Source: a virus
Virus record (IMG/VR): IMGVR_UViG_3300022555_002641
Coordinates: 57,683-121,682 of that record
DNA length: 64,000 nucleotides
Direction: 5' to 3' (one strand)
The notes beneath the pieces were generated by a model. That model made no database searches. It was not told the origin of the DNA and was given only the letters and a program-made list of their open reading frames with translations. Shown here piece by piece: positions 29,964-40,311 of the stretch; the first letter of the stretch is position 1, and each line of letters starts with the position of its first letter. The position numbers and the translations under genes are program-made.

Positions 29964-30495
29964 ATTTATTATTGTCGAGGCCCCAAATGAGTCCAAACTT
30001 ACTGGGAAATGTATAAAGGTCTTTATTGCTGGAGGTATCAGCAACTGCCCTGATTGGCAAACTGATCTTATATCTCGTTTAAAAAAAGATAAACGACTAA
30101 AAAACTGCGGTACAGTAAAAATATTAATATTTAATCCACGAAGAAAAAATAAACCAAGGGTTGATGAAACTGAAGCTCAGGTTACTTGGGAATTTTTTAA
30201 TTTAAACAAATCGGATATTATAAGTTTTTGGTTCTCCGAAGGGTCTTTGAATCCAATTGTATTGTTTGAATATGGTCGGATTCTTGCGGCACCCAACCGC
30301 TGGAAAAAAAGTGTTATAGTTGGATGTCATGAAAAATATGGAAGACGCACAGATGTGATCATACAAACTAAATTGATTGAGCAATCCAGATTCAGGCACC
30401 CAGAAATTGAAGTTAAAAATACGTTTGAAGATTTTGCAAACGAATTAATAGAAAGTATAGTTAATCACATAATAAGGCATAATTTTATTACATGA
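29950..30495 (+). CDS. Nucleoside 2-deoxyribosyltransferase-like protein
   Basis: VFIAGGI...DWQ...FNPRR...QVTWE...PIVLFEYG. Confidence 0.8.
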   Translation: MDSSKFIIVEAPNESKLTGKCIKVFIAGGISNCPDWQTDLISRLKKDKRLKNCGTVKILIFNPRRKNKPRVDETEAQVTWEFFNLNKSDIISFWFSEGSLNPIVLFEYGRILAAPNRWKKSVIVGCHEKYGRRTDVIIQTKLIEQSRFRHPEIEVKNTFEDFANELIESIVNHIIRHNFIT

Positions 30496-31316
30496 AATCA
30501 ACGTGGCTCATAGAAAAAGATTTATTTGAAGATACTGAAATCGATTTAATTGGAACGGTTAAAAGACTTGGCTATCCAATTAAAGTTGTTAAGTATATTC
30601 CTATGGATGATGATTTGTCGTGGCTTGAGCGCATGTTTAAGCCTGAAGACTGCGTTATTTATTATGGGTCATTGAATCTTGGATTAAAGATAAAAAAATT
30701 CGGATGGATTCCAGGTTGTTACGGAACCATTGAAAAATATTCTTGTACAAATTATTATCCATATTTTGGTATCAATCACATCAACAGTGAATACCAAGTT
30801 ATGACATATGGCGAATTACTTTTGAAAAAAGTTGAACTTTTTAGCAAAAATAATGTTATCTTTGTTAGACCAAATAGCATTTTAAAAGAATTCACTGGAA
30901 TGGCGGTATCTGAATATAATTTTGACAGAGCCTATGCGCTTATGGGATTTTACAATGATGTTGTATCTTCCGATCTTCCAATTATTGTATCCACAGTAAA
31001 GGAAATAAAAAAAGAATGGAGATTCGTTGTTATCGGTAGTACTATAATTTCAGGAAGCTTATATCGGTCTGGTGATGATGATAAGACACTACATGAACCA
31101 TGCACTGACCATCAAGCATTAGAATTTGCAAAAGAAATGGCAAAATTATATCAGCCAGATAATGTTTGGGTTCTGGATATTTGTTTATCCAATCTTGGAT
31201 ATAAAGTTATGGAAATTGGCTGTTTTTCGTTTGCTGGTTTGTATGGTGGTGATCTCGATGTAATTGTTGAAAAAGTATCAAACACTGCGATTGATGAAAA
31301 AATGGGAAGAACTTAA
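30492..31316 (+). CDS. ATP-grasp protein (DUF4343/R2K-like)
   Basis: FVRP...KEFTG, EWRFVV, VLDI, KVMEIG. Confidence 0.75.
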   Translation: MKSTWLIEKDLFEDTEIDLIGTVKRLGYPIKVVKYIPMDDDLSWLERMFKPEDCVIYYGSLNLGLKIKKFGWIPGCYGTIEKYSCTNYYPYFGINHINSEYQVMTYGELLLKKVELFSKNNVIFVRPNSILKEFTGMAVSEYNFDRAYALMGFYNDVVSSDLPIIVSTVKEIKKEWRFVVIGSTIISGSLYRSGDDDKTLHEPCTDHQALEFAKEMAKLYQPDNVWVLDICLSNLGYKVMEIGCFSFAGLYGGDLDVIVEKVSNTAIDEKMGRT

Positions 31317-31617
31317 AGTTGGCGATATTATTTATTTTGTCAGTCTAAACAAAAATAATATTAAATTATTAAATGGAATGACGGTTCCACAAGATAATGT
31401 TGTCAGTATAACAAATACGGGGAAAGATTATCTCGTTATAACTGGTAAATTTCAAGTTATAATAAATTATGATGATTATTTTAATCGGGGTAGTGATGTA
31501 ACATATTCAGATGATACATTAGAAAATCCTGAAAATTGGGAGCTTTTAATTATGGCTACAACTCAAGATGGTATCATACATGAAATAAAAGAATTCTTTT
31601 TAACAAAAGAACAATAA
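31264..31617 (+). CDS. Hypothetical protein (start probably a few codons downstream)
   Basis: ORF track. Confidence 0.6.
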   Translation: MLKKYQTLRLMKKWEELKVGDIIYFVSLNKNNIKLLNGMTVPQDNVVSITNTGKDYLVITGKFQVIINYDDYFNRGSDVTYSDDTLENPENWELLIMATTQDGIIHEIKEFFLTKEQ

Positions 31618-31643
31618 TTATTAACCTTAAACTTAACTATACT

Positions 31644-32333
31644 ATGAATGAATTTCAAAAATTTGCTATTGGGCACAGTTTCTGCGGACCTGTCGCTATT
31701 GCCAAATATACTCAGGCTGTCAATTCAATTGCGGCTGGTTATATTTCACCGACCATTATTGAGGAACGTCAGTTAAATGTTGCTCAGATGGACGTTTTCT
31801 CCAGATTGATGATGGATCGTATCATATTTTTGGGGACTGCCATCGATGATACAGTCTCAAATATTATTCAGGCACAACTTCTTTTTCTTGAGTCAACAGA
31901 CCCAACAAAAGATATCATGCTTTATTTGAACACACCAGGTGGCGGAGTTCACGCTGGACTTGGCATCTACGACACCATGCAGTATATCACGCCTGAGGTC
32001 GCAACTATCTGCACTGGAATGGCTGCTTCAATGGGAGCCGTTCTTATGTGTGCTGGTGCCAAAGGAAAACGCAAAGCACTCCCTCATGCACGTGTGATGA
32101 TTCACCAGCCAATGGGATATGCTGAGGGTCAAGCAACTGACATGCAAATTAGCGTCAATCAGGTCAACATTCTGAAGAAGGAATTGTATAATATAATTTC
32201 TATTCATTCTGGTAAAACGTATGATGAAGTATACGCTGATTCAGAGCGTGATTACTGGATGACCGCTGAGGAAGCTAAAGCTTACGGAATGGTGGATGAA
32301 GTTCTCATCAAAAGTAAGCGTGAAGAAAAGTAA
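31644..32333 (+). CDS. clpP: ATP-dependent Clp protease proteolytic subunit
   Basis: DVFSRLMMDRIIFLG, NTPGG, GMAASMG, MIHQP, ERDYWM. Confidence 0.96.
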   Translation: MNEFQKFAIGHSFCGPVAIAKYTQAVNSIAAGYISPTIIEERQLNVAQMDVFSRLMMDRIIFLGTAIDDTVSNIIQAQLLFLESTDPTKDIMLYLNTPGGGVHAGLGIYDTMQYITPEVATICTGMAASMGAVLMCAGAKGKRKALPHARVMIHQPMGYAEGQATDMQISVNQVNILKKELYNIISIHSGKTYDEVYADSERDYWMTAEEAKAYGMVDEVLIKSKREEK

Positions 32334-32339
32334 TTTGAA

Positions 32340-32375
32340 GTTGAAAGGAGTGGAACCCCACTCCTTTCAACTTTT
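32340..32375 (+). terminator. Intrinsic terminator
   Basis: GTTGAAAGGAGTGG-aacc-CCACTCCTTTCAAC-TTTT. Confidence 0.8.
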
Positions 32376-32397
32376 CTGTAAAATAATACTACATACC

Positions 32398-32643
32398 ATG
32401 AAAAATAATGATTTTGAAAAATGGGTTAATGAAAACTTCAGTAAAGCAAGAATTGAAGAGTTCATAAAAAAATACAAAAACAACTATATGAGTAGTTGTT
32501 GGAGTGAAATATTGGAAGATGGTGGGGAGGAGTTCGATCCACTTATATATATGGAAGAACTTGATCGTTGTCATTATGATTGCAAATTTAATGGAACTGA
32601 TCTTAGGCAACTTGAGAAATTTTTTAATTACCCGATAGCCTAA
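32398..32643 (+). CDS. Hypothetical protein
   Basis: ATG 32398 downstream of the terminator. Confidence 0.6.
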   Translation: MKNNDFEKWVNENFSKARIEEFIKKYKNNYMSSCWSEILEDGGEEFDPLIYMEELDRCHYDCKFNGTDLRQLEKFFNYPIA

Positions 32644-32661
32644 AAAAATTATGATTATGAC

Positions 32662-33735
32662 TTGGATAAAAACAATTTTATTTTTAGAAGAAGTGGGCAT
32701 TCGGTAAATTGCGAATATTGGAATAACCTCAGTGATGAAGCCAAAGAAGTATTTGCTCAACAGATTTTTGATGAATATCGCACCGATGATAATGGTATTC
32801 CATACAACCCAAAAAGTTTAGGGTACCCATATTATCCAACAGACCATGAATATCGTGTTAAAGAATTCGAAAAATTAAAATCCTTTGATTTCAGTACAGT
32901 ACTGACAACTGGTGATACAATTCGCCAAACTATGCATGGGCTTGGATTAGCATGGTCTTATTTCCCGCATGCATCTGAAGTCGAATGTGCAAATATGATG
33001 AGCCCATTAAATGCGTTCTGTAGTGATTTAATTTTCAAAAAAATTATTCATAAGAGATTAAAAATGGGAACTTATATATCAGATTCTGGAATCAGAAAAA
33101 TGATAAAAGTTTACACTGGAGTGCAAGGTGTTTCAAATTTCAGACCAACCGCAGCGGCAGCAATTTATAAAGAGTTTGCACCTAATGGTGTTGTTTGGGA
33201 CCCGTCTGGCGGATGGGGTGGTAGAATGCTTGGTGCAATAATAGCAGGGGTTGACACATATGTTACAACTGAGCCAGCAGCATTAACAGTTAAAGGTTTG
33301 AAAGAATTGGCTGAAGATTTTGCTGGTGATATGAAATACGAAATAATTCAATCTGGCTCTGAAGATTATGATCCAGAACCAGACAGATTTGATCTTTGTT
33401 TCACATCACCACCATATTTCAATTTAGAAAGATACTCCGATGAAGATAGCCAGAGTTACAAAAAATTTAGCAATAAACAATTGTGGATTGATGGATTTTT
33501 AGCGTCAACGCTTAAAAATTGTTACAAAGGAACAAAACAAGGTAAGCTAACTTTGATTAACATGGCTGATCCAAAGGGAAAGAACGGATTAAATCTGGAA
33601 GATGAAATCATTAGAGTGGCTAAATTAGTTGGGTTTAAATACGAAGGAATGCTTAAATTAGCTCTTTCAAATCCAACAATGAAAAATAAATTATCACCAT
33701 TTAAATTTGAACCTGTATTTATTTTCAGAAAATAA
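32662..33735 (+). CDS. Amino (N4C/N6A) DNA methyltransferase
   Basis: WDPSGGWGGR (SAM binding) and FTSPPY (catalytic). Confidence 0.85.
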   Translation: MDKNNFIFRRSGHSVNCEYWNNLSDEAKEVFAQQIFDEYRTDDNGIPYNPKSLGYPYYPTDHEYRVKEFEKLKSFDFSTVLTTGDTIRQTMHGLGLAWSYFPHASEVECANMMSPLNAFCSDLIFKKIIHKRLKMGTYISDSGIRKMIKVYTGVQGVSNFRPTAAAAIYKEFAPNGVVWDPSGGWGGRMLGAIIAGVDTYVTTEPAALTVKGLKELAEDFAGDMKYEIIQSGSEDYDPEPDRFDLCFTSPPYFNLERYSDEDSQSYKKFSNKQLWIDGFLASTLKNCYKGTKQGKLTLINMADPKGKNGLNLEDEIIRVAKLVGFKYEGMLKLALSNPTMKNKLSPFKFEPVFIFRK

Positions 33736-33778
33736 TTATTTTTTTGTTATATTTGCTTAAACATTTAAATTAATTAGC

Positions 33779-34369
33779 ATGAAAAAAATCCTACTATTAC
33801 TTTTTGTATTGGTGTCAATGCAAACATTTGCGATTTCACCTGAGCCAGTATCTAAATCTAAACCTGTAATGATTACAAAACCAATGGTTGAATATCATGA
33901 TACGATGTTCTTTTCAAAATATTTTTATTGGCATATACGTAAACAACATGATTTAGCTGATTGGCACGATGATAAAAATGATGAGTTGGGTATTGTTGGA
34001 TACTTCAAAGTCTGTTTCTGGTTTACTTTTATATTTTCTTTTATACTATGTATAGTGACATTCCTTGTTGGTGTCGGAAATACAACAACTGAATTTATAA
34101 TGGGAAATTACGGGTGGCTATATTTTATATTACACCTTTTTTACTTAGCAATAATTTTTACGTATGGGATATTTCTGGCTAATGTTGGACCTGTCTGGTT
34201 TGGGGTTGTTGGAGTTATAACATGCATCGTATTAGGAATAACATTAAGCAATTTTCACACAAATACATTTTTACCACTTCTTCAAACTTTTTATAAAAAT
34301 CACACTACAAAGAACAAATTTAAAGACAATTATAATAAAATAAAAAATCAAAAGCCATGGAATCAATAA
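33779..34369 (+). CDS. Membrane protein with signal peptide
   Basis: Signal-like N-terminus plus three TM helices. Confidence 0.7.
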   Translation: MKKILLLLFVLVSMQTFAISPEPVSKSKPVMITKPMVEYHDTMFFSKYFYWHIRKQHDLADWHDDKNDELGIVGYFKVCFWFTFIFSFILCIVTFLVGVGNTTTEFIMGNYGWLYFILHLFYLAIIFTYGIFLANVGPVWFGVVGVITCIVLGITLSNFHTNTFLPLLQTFYKNHTTKNKFKDNYNKIKNQKPWNQ

Positions 34370-35208
34370 CAAGTTTAAAAATTCATCAAGACCTTGAGAA
34401 AGCAAGAAAAGAATTCGATGTCGAAATTCAAAACGTCTCCAAGGCAATGGAAACCCTTTTAAATACAAAGGATGACTCCTTTGATTATTTCAGCCGTCTT
34501 GCCAATATCGGATTTAAATCTGTGATTGGTATACAAGAAACCAGAGTAAGGTCTGAGCAAATCGCCAAAAATAAAAACATCAAAAATGCTTTTGATACTA
34601 TTTTTGCGTATTACAAACAAAATTATCCGCAATATTCAATCATATCATTGAAAGACATGATCACTGTTTGCGAAAAATACGGATTGATTTTTGGTGCTGT
34701 AGCTAATTACAAAAATTTAATTCCAGAAAAAAATCTCAACGATGTTGAAGAATTTTTCAAAATGATGGATGATCGGGTTAAAAAGGCATCAGACACTTTG
34801 GGAAATTACAGAATGAAAAACATATACCAAAAAAATATGTCATCCCCATTAACAGTTGAAGCATCATTCAGTTTGTCGGATGTTGATAAATACAATCAAA
34901 TTAATCCTCGTAACGCATATTTACAGATTACCGCTCCTAAGGATCATTTTACATTAGGTCACAGAGACAAGATTATTGGTAGTTGCATTGTTAGTCACGG
35001 TGATTTTGATCTATCTGAAAGCTTTGGTAATAACAGGGAATCCCAAAGATTAGCAAGGGAGGAAAGACGGGCTCGTAGATTAAGAGTTACCGATCCGATT
35101 ATTTGGGTTCCTGTTCAGTTCCCGATGATTGGTGGAGCTTGTATGATCATCACAAAATGGGGTGAAGAAGCAAATTACCCAGAATTCGCTAACAGTATTG
35201 AAAATTAA
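34357..35208 (+). CDS. Hypothetical phage protein
   Basis: Long ORF followed by a terminator at about 35249-35283. Confidence 0.75.
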   Translation: MESITSLKIHQDLEKARKEFDVEIQNVSKAMETLLNTKDDSFDYFSRLANIGFKSVIGIQETRVRSEQIAKNKNIKNAFDTIFAYYKQNYPQYSIISLKDMITVCEKYGLIFGAVANYKNLIPEKNLNDVEEFFKMMDDRVKKASDTLGNYRMKNIYQKNMSSPLTVEASFSLSDVDKYNQINPRNAYLQITAPKDHFTLGHRDKIIGSCIVSHGDFDLSESFGNNRESQRLAREERRARRLRVTDPIIWVPVQFPMIGGACMIITKWGEEANYPEFANSIEN

Positions 35209-35394
35209 ATTGGAGCCTCGAACTTCATTTTTGAATCCCGTCCTTGCCAGAAAAAAGAAGAACTGTTGTTCTTCTTTTTTTTTATTAATTTTTTAAACTT
35301 TTAATTTAAACACACTATAATAACCATGTTAATTAATTTTTTAACATTTTTTAACATTTAAATATTAATATATAACCAAAAAAAAAACAAGAAA

Positions 35395-35646
35395 ATGAAA
35401 AAAGTTGCATTAAGTATCCTTGTAGTTTTAGCTCTTGCAGTTGTTTCTTGCGGTCCTTCACAGAGTGAGATCGCTGAGAAAGCCAAAGCTGATTCTATTA
35501 AATTAGCCGATTCAATCGCTTTAGTTAATACCAAAGCTAAGATTGTTGCTGATTCTATCGTAAAAGCAGATTCTATCAAGAAAGCTGATTCAATCGCTAA
35601 GATCAGTGTGAAGGAAGTAAAAAAGGCTAAAAAAGGTAAGAAGTAA
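35395..35646 (+). CDS. Small lipoprotein with ADSI repeats
   Basis: LAVVSC lipobox; five ADSI repeats; terminator at 35660-35699. Confidence 0.8.
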   Translation: MKKVALSILVVLALAVVSCGPSQSEIAEKAKADSIKLADSIALVNTKAKIVADSIVKADSIKKADSIAKISVKEVKKAKKGKK

Positions 35647-35731
35647 ATTTCCTTCAGCCAAAAAAAAAGGAACGGATTTAATTTCGTTCCTTTTTTTTTA
35701 TTTTTGCATAAAAAATGATTAACTTTACAAT

Positions 35732-36103
35732 ATGAAAGAATATAGACTTTTCCTTGATGATTATAGAGTCCCATTGGACTCTTTTGGTATTACACGAAAT
35801 CCTATCTACAAAGAAAAATGGATTATTGTAAGAACATATGAAGATTTTTTAAAAACAATTTCGCATTATGGCATTCCAACTATGGTTAGTTTTGATCACG
35901 ATCTTGTTGATGAGCACTATAAAGTTGTGAATGAAAGCCAGTGGGAAGAATATCATAAAAACCCAGCACATCAGCCAACTGGATACGATTGCGCACTTTG
36001 GTTAAAAAGATATTGTTCATTTAATAATTTACCATTACCAGAATATTATATTCATAGTCTTAGCCAAGTTGGGGGCAAAAAAATAAGAAAACTATTAGGA
36101 TAA
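35732..36103 (+). CDS. Cyclic-phosphate-processing receiver-like domain protein
   Basis: LFLDD.R, SFDHDL, TGYDCA.WL, IHS motifs. Confidence 0.75.
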   Translation: MKEYRLFLDDYRVPLDSFGITRNPIYKEKWIIVRTYEDFLKTISHYGIPTMVSFDHDLVDEHYKVVNESQWEEYHKNPAHQPTGYDCALWLKRYCSFNNLPLPEYYIHSLSQVGGKKIRKLLG

Positions 36104-36157
36104 TTTTTTTATTTGATTAATAATCAATATATTTGTATTTAACCAAAAAATACAACT

Positions 36158-37060
36158 ATGAAAATAGGTATTCTAAAAGGTATTAAAAGTTGGCTTTTCG
36201 ATAAACTTCACGACATTAATTCATATCCTGAAGATCAAGAGTTAAGACGGGATATAGAAATTTATGATCATCTTTTACCGCATCTTATTGCTCTACAAAA
36301 AAGAATCCTTCCAGCTAAAATAAAATACTTTTTTAAGCATGAACCAACATTTTTTATAAAGTTTATTCTTAGAATATTATTAAGAGTTTTGATATGGTTA
36401 TCTGGAATAGCCGCCCTTGGCGTTGTAGTTGTGGCTGTTGGGGTGTTATTTTTTCACCTTAAAATAAATCTTAAGACTGAGCCAATTAAAGTTGATAATC
36501 GTGAGCTTTTAATTTATGTTCCAAATGTTGGCGTGAAAGAAACTGATTCACTTAACATGGTTTTCTATAAATCAAAAATCAAATCCAAAGCAAAGTTTGT
36601 GTGGCTATATGTTAGTACACCAACAAAAACATACGATAAATGGGCAAACGATCTTTGCGGTCTTGAGTCTAAGGATTGGTCAAACCCTTATATTGCCAGA
36701 AGGGATGGAAGCCAGTATTGGGGAAAATATCAAATGGGCGAATCCGCACGTAAAGCGGTTAAGATGGAAAGATATACTTGGAGCGAGTGGCAAAAGAATC
36801 CAGCACTTCAAGAAGCCGCATTAAGATTGTGGGTTGACGTATTATATAATGAATTGTCTGATGATATTAAAAAATATGATGGTCAGTTTCTGAATGGTTG
36901 GCATATTACAACCTCTGGAATAATCGCTATGGCTCATAACGTGGGTCCTGCTCCAGTAAAAACTTTTCTTCATAGTGGAGGGTCAATCGTACCAAAAGAC
37001 GGTTCTGGACGAGATGCGACAAGATATTTGATATTGGGTGGGTATGATCTTAATTTTTAA
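36158..37060 (+). CDS. Membrane-anchored lysozyme-like/lytic transglycosylase protein
   Basis: TM helix; GLES...GKYQMG...AMAHNVG. Confidence 0.65.
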   Translation: MKIGILKGIKSWLFDKLHDINSYPEDQELRRDIEIYDHLLPHLIALQKRILPAKIKYFFKHEPTFFIKFILRILLRVLIWLSGIAALGVVVVAVGVLFFHLKINLKTEPIKVDNRELLIYVPNVGVKETDSLNMVFYKSKIKSKAKFVWLYVSTPTKTYDKWANDLCGLESKDWSNPYIARRDGSQYWGKYQMGESARKAVKMERYTWSEWQKNPALQEAALRLWVDVLYNELSDDIKKYDGQFLNGWHITTSGIIAMAHNVGPAPVKTFLHSGGSIVPKDGSGRDATRYLILGGYDLNF

Positions 37061-37103
37061 TAAATATTTTTGAAAGTTTATGAAAGAATAGTATTTTTGC
37101 GAT

Positions 37104-37652
37104 ATGCAAGAAGAAGAAATCACATTCGATGATGTTTTAAATCTTATTAAATCACCAGAGAAATCAGATAGAATAATTATTTTAAATGCTGAGGTTATCA
37201 GTTCATCATTTATGTGCTTTCTTAATAGTATTATAAATAGATTTGAGGATAGTAAATTTGTTCATGAATTAAATGATTATTTCATGCCCATCAACAAATT
37301 TACAGTAATTGAATTGGATGAAATTAAACTGAGTGGGTTCCCAAATACACTGCAATATAGTGAGCCTATTTATAAAGCAAAACGGTTATCTTCATTATTT
37401 AGAATTTGGAATAACTTATGTATAGAGAAAAATATTAAATTGATGGTGATAACAAATAAGATGTGGGGGTTTAATAATGTTTCACCAATGGCAATGACAT
37501 ATCAGCCATATGCTATACTTAATTACAGAACAGATAATAAAGTATATTTTCCAAAAGTTAATGATCCGAAATTTCAGCATGCCATGTTTGATGCAACTGT
37601 TTTTGCAAGACGGGCTAAAATGAATCAACTTAATGACAGAAACCAAATATAA
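37104..37652 (+). CDS. Hypothetical protein
   Basis: Tag ARRAKMNQL. Confidence 0.7.
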   Translation: MQEEEITFDDVLNLIKSPEKSDRIIILNAEVISSSFMCFLNSIINRFEDSKFVHELNDYFMPINKFTVIELDEIKLSGFPNTLQYSEPIYKAKRLSSLFRIWNNLCIEKNIKLMVITNKMWGFNNVSPMAMTYQPYAILNYRTDNKVYFPKVNDPKFQHAMFDATVFARRAKMNQLNDRNQI

Positions 37653-37657
37653 CCAAT

Positions 37658-38083
37658 ATGAAACGAATTTTTTTATTATTGCTACTTATTCCATATTTTG
37701 GAATGTCGCAAACAAAAGACCAGATCAAAGAATTGGTAATTAATAATTTTATTGGATTATCCAAGGACTCAATATTACATAAATTTCCTGATGGATTGAA
37801 CAATGATACGTTAGGCGGTGTAAAATATGACATCATCAGGGGTAGGATAAATAAAATATTAACGACAAGCGTTTTTGATTTATCTAAGAATAAACAACAT
37901 TGTTTTTATTATAAGATGCTCATTATGACGACATATATATCACCAAGTGATATCTCAGGCATTTTAAATTCAAATTTCAAGAAAGATAAATCCAAATGGA
38001 TACAATATAAAGAAAATGATACGATTACTTGGTCATACAAAGAAGCACAATACATAGTAACACTCGAAGCACAAAGAAAATGA
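37658..38083 (+). CDS. Secreted hypothetical protein
   Basis: Signal peptide ending ..SQ. Confidence 0.65.
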   Translation: MKRIFLLLLLIPYFGMSQTKDQIKELVINNFIGLSKDSILHKFPDGLNNDTLGGVKYDIIRGRINKILTTSVFDLSKNKQHCFYYKMLIMTTYISPSDISGILNSNFKKDKSKWIQYKENDTITWSYKEAQYIVTLEAQRK

Positions 38084-38538
38084 AGAAATTATTTATCATC
38101 CTATTACTTTCAATTTTGTCAATTGCTGGATATTCCCAGCAAATAGATTATAATATCTATACTGGATTGACAAAAAAAGCTATTATATTCAGATTTAAAG
38201 ATTTTGGATATAATTACACATCACAGCAAAAAATGTATGTTAAGATCGATAGCACTGGTAATTGGCAATTAGATAATAATTATTATACGTGGCTTATTTA
38301 TTATTCTTTTGATGATAAAAAAACAATGAATAGGGTTTTATTTATGTTTAATCCAAAAGGTATATGTGTGAAATACTTTATATTGATGCCATCATTGGCA
38401 TATTTCTGGGATTATTTTGATTATTATAATCGAAACTTTAAATATATGCAAAACTTAGATTGGGAGAATAATGATATTAGAATTCATCTAAAAGCAAAGT
38501 CAAATTTGAATACAACCATTTATATTGAAAAGAAATGA
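38080..38538 (+). CDS. Secreted hypothetical protein
   Basis: Signal peptide MKKLFIILLLSILSIAGYSQ. Confidence 0.65.
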   Translation: MKKLFIILLLSILSIAGYSQQIDYNIYTGLTKKAIIFRFKDFGYNYTSQQKMYVKIDSTGNWQLDNNYYTWLIYYSFDDKKTMNRVLFMFNPKGICVKYFILMPSLAYFWDYFDYYNRNFKYMQNLDWENNDIRIHLKAKSNLNTTIYIEKK

Positions 38539-38990
38539 CAGAAACAAAAAGGCTAAAGAAACGGCTCATTTCAATTTTAACCCTTGCTATTAAAGAGCGT
38601 AAATATGAATGGAATTGGGAATTGGAGAAAACAAATCTATATCGAAAATTCATCGATAAAGATAGGTATAAAGTCAAATATTATAAACAATTTTCCAATT
38701 ACACACTAATATTGATAAATGGTAGATTTAAGGTAAGAGATGACTCTGTGTCAAGATCAACTAAAGTTATTTGTAAATTCTTATTGTGGGGATTTATACC
38801 AACAAACAAAATATTCTTTTATTACTTATATTTGACATTTATTAGGCATACTAATAATTATCAAATTAAAAATAGAGAAAAATCCGCTGAAGAAAAACGA
38901 ACTGAATCTGAATATAAAAGTATTATAGGCTCTCTTGAGGATGACCTTAAACAGGAAATAAGAAAAGAAAAACTCGACAAATTAAAGTAA
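38535..38990 (+). CDS. Hypothetical protein
   Basis: Tag IRKEKLDKL. Confidence 0.7.
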   Translation: MTETKRLKKRLISILTLAIKERKYEWNWELEKTNLYRKFIDKDRYKVKYYKQFSNYTLILINGRFKVRDDSVSRSTKVICKFLLWGFIPTNKIFFYYLYLTFIRHTNNYQIKNREKSAEEKRTESEYKSIIGSLEDDLKQEIRKEKLDKLK

Positions 38991-38991
38991 T

Positions 38992-39351
38992 ATGACAATA
39001 GAAGTATTAAAATCAAAGATTCACAGGGTTGCTGTCACCCAAGCAAATTTAGATTATATGGGTAGTATAACCATTGATGAAGATTATATGGAAGAAGCTA
39101 ATCTGATTCCATTTGAAAAGGTCCAAGTTCTCAATATAAATAATGGTGCCCGTATAGAAACTTATGTTATAGCTGGTGCCAGAGGGTCTGGTATTATAGG
39201 TATAAATGGTGCGGCTGCAAGACAATTTCTTGTAAACGACCTTGTAATAATAGCATCTTATGCTCAAATGAATTTTGAAACAGCAAAAGATTTCTATCCA
39301 GATATCATTGTATTTAAAGGAGATACATACACTAAAGAGCCGAAAGGTTAA
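38992..39351 (+). CDS. panD: Aspartate 1-decarboxylase
   Basis: [29 protein letters not shown]. Confidence 0.95.
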   Translation: MTIEVLKSKIHRVAVTQANLDYMGSITIDEDYMEEANLIPFEKVQVLNINNGARIETYVIAGARGSGIIGINGAAARQFLVNDLVIIASYAQMNFETAKDFYPDIIVFKGDTYTKEPKG

Positions 39352-39538
39352 AAATTTTCAAACTTTTTTCAATTAAAATTTTTTTTATACAAAAAATGAT
39401 TATACATTTGTTGCATGAAATTAATTAAGGCAAAAGATGAAAAGTAAAAAATATTCAAATTAAATTTTTTTTATCCAAAAACTTTTTTTATATTTGCCAA
39501 CTGAAATTTAAGAATTTTTAACATAAAAACTCTAAGCT

Positions 39539-40261
39539 ATGTTTGACAGCCTAAAGAAAAGACTTGCTGATGCCACTATGACAGATGAGTGGAAAAAAGC
39601 AAACATTGTTGAAGCACCTATTGCTAAACAAGAACCGAAGTTTACCCCGCAGCCCCAAAAGGTGAATGCTGGATTTATCTCTGCACAGCCAGAAGTGTCG
39701 GATGATGACTCTTCAAATACATTAACGTTTACTCCGTCATCCGCTGCCGCTGATAAAGAAATGCTTGATAGTATTTACAAGCTCTTGGAGCAGTTAAACA
39801 AAGATGGTATCGACATGTTTGAGGTCTGGGATGCCGCTGAACAAATGGGTGGTATCACCGATACAAATGTTAAGATGGCTTTCATTGCTTGTAAATCAGC
39901 ATCCGCTGGCAAACTAACAAAAGAGTATGTCGTGGAAACTGCACAGTACTACAGGCAAAAAATTCAGGAAACCCTTGATACAAATGCCGCTGCCAAAAAA
40001 ACTGAAAAGAAAAATATGATGGCTGAACTATCTTCAAAGAAAGAAAACCTTCAGGCTCAGGTAACTGATTTCGAAAATCAAATCGCCCAGTTGACAGCGA
40101 AAAAGGAGCAAGCTGAAAACTCACTTTCCAAAATCGATTCAGCATACAAACCTAAAATTGAAAAAATTGAACAGGTTATATCAAGTGGTACAAAAGCCGT
40201 TCAAGTTGTTGACACTGAAATTCAAAACTTTCTGGATATTTTCCTGAGGGTTATAAAATAA
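39539..40261 (+). CDS. Coiled-coil protein, first gene of the envelope operon
   Basis: C-terminal heptad helix; two TAnnTTTG boxes upstream (39403, 39489). Confidence 0.75.
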   Translation: MFDSLKKRLADATMTDEWKKANIVEAPIAKQEPKFTPQPQKVNAGFISAQPEVSDDDSSNTLTFTPSSAAADKEMLDSIYKLLEQLNKDGIDMFEVWDAAEQMGGITDTNVKMAFIACKSASAGKLTKEYVVETAQYYRQKIQETLDTNAAAKKTEKKNMMAELSSKKENLQAQVTDFENQIAQLTAKKEQAENSLSKIDSAYKPKIEKIEQVISSGTKAVQVVDTEIQNFLDIFLRVIK

Positions 40262-40311
40262 TCAAACGTAATCAATCAATCATTAAGTCAAACCTAAATT
40301 TTAAATTAACT

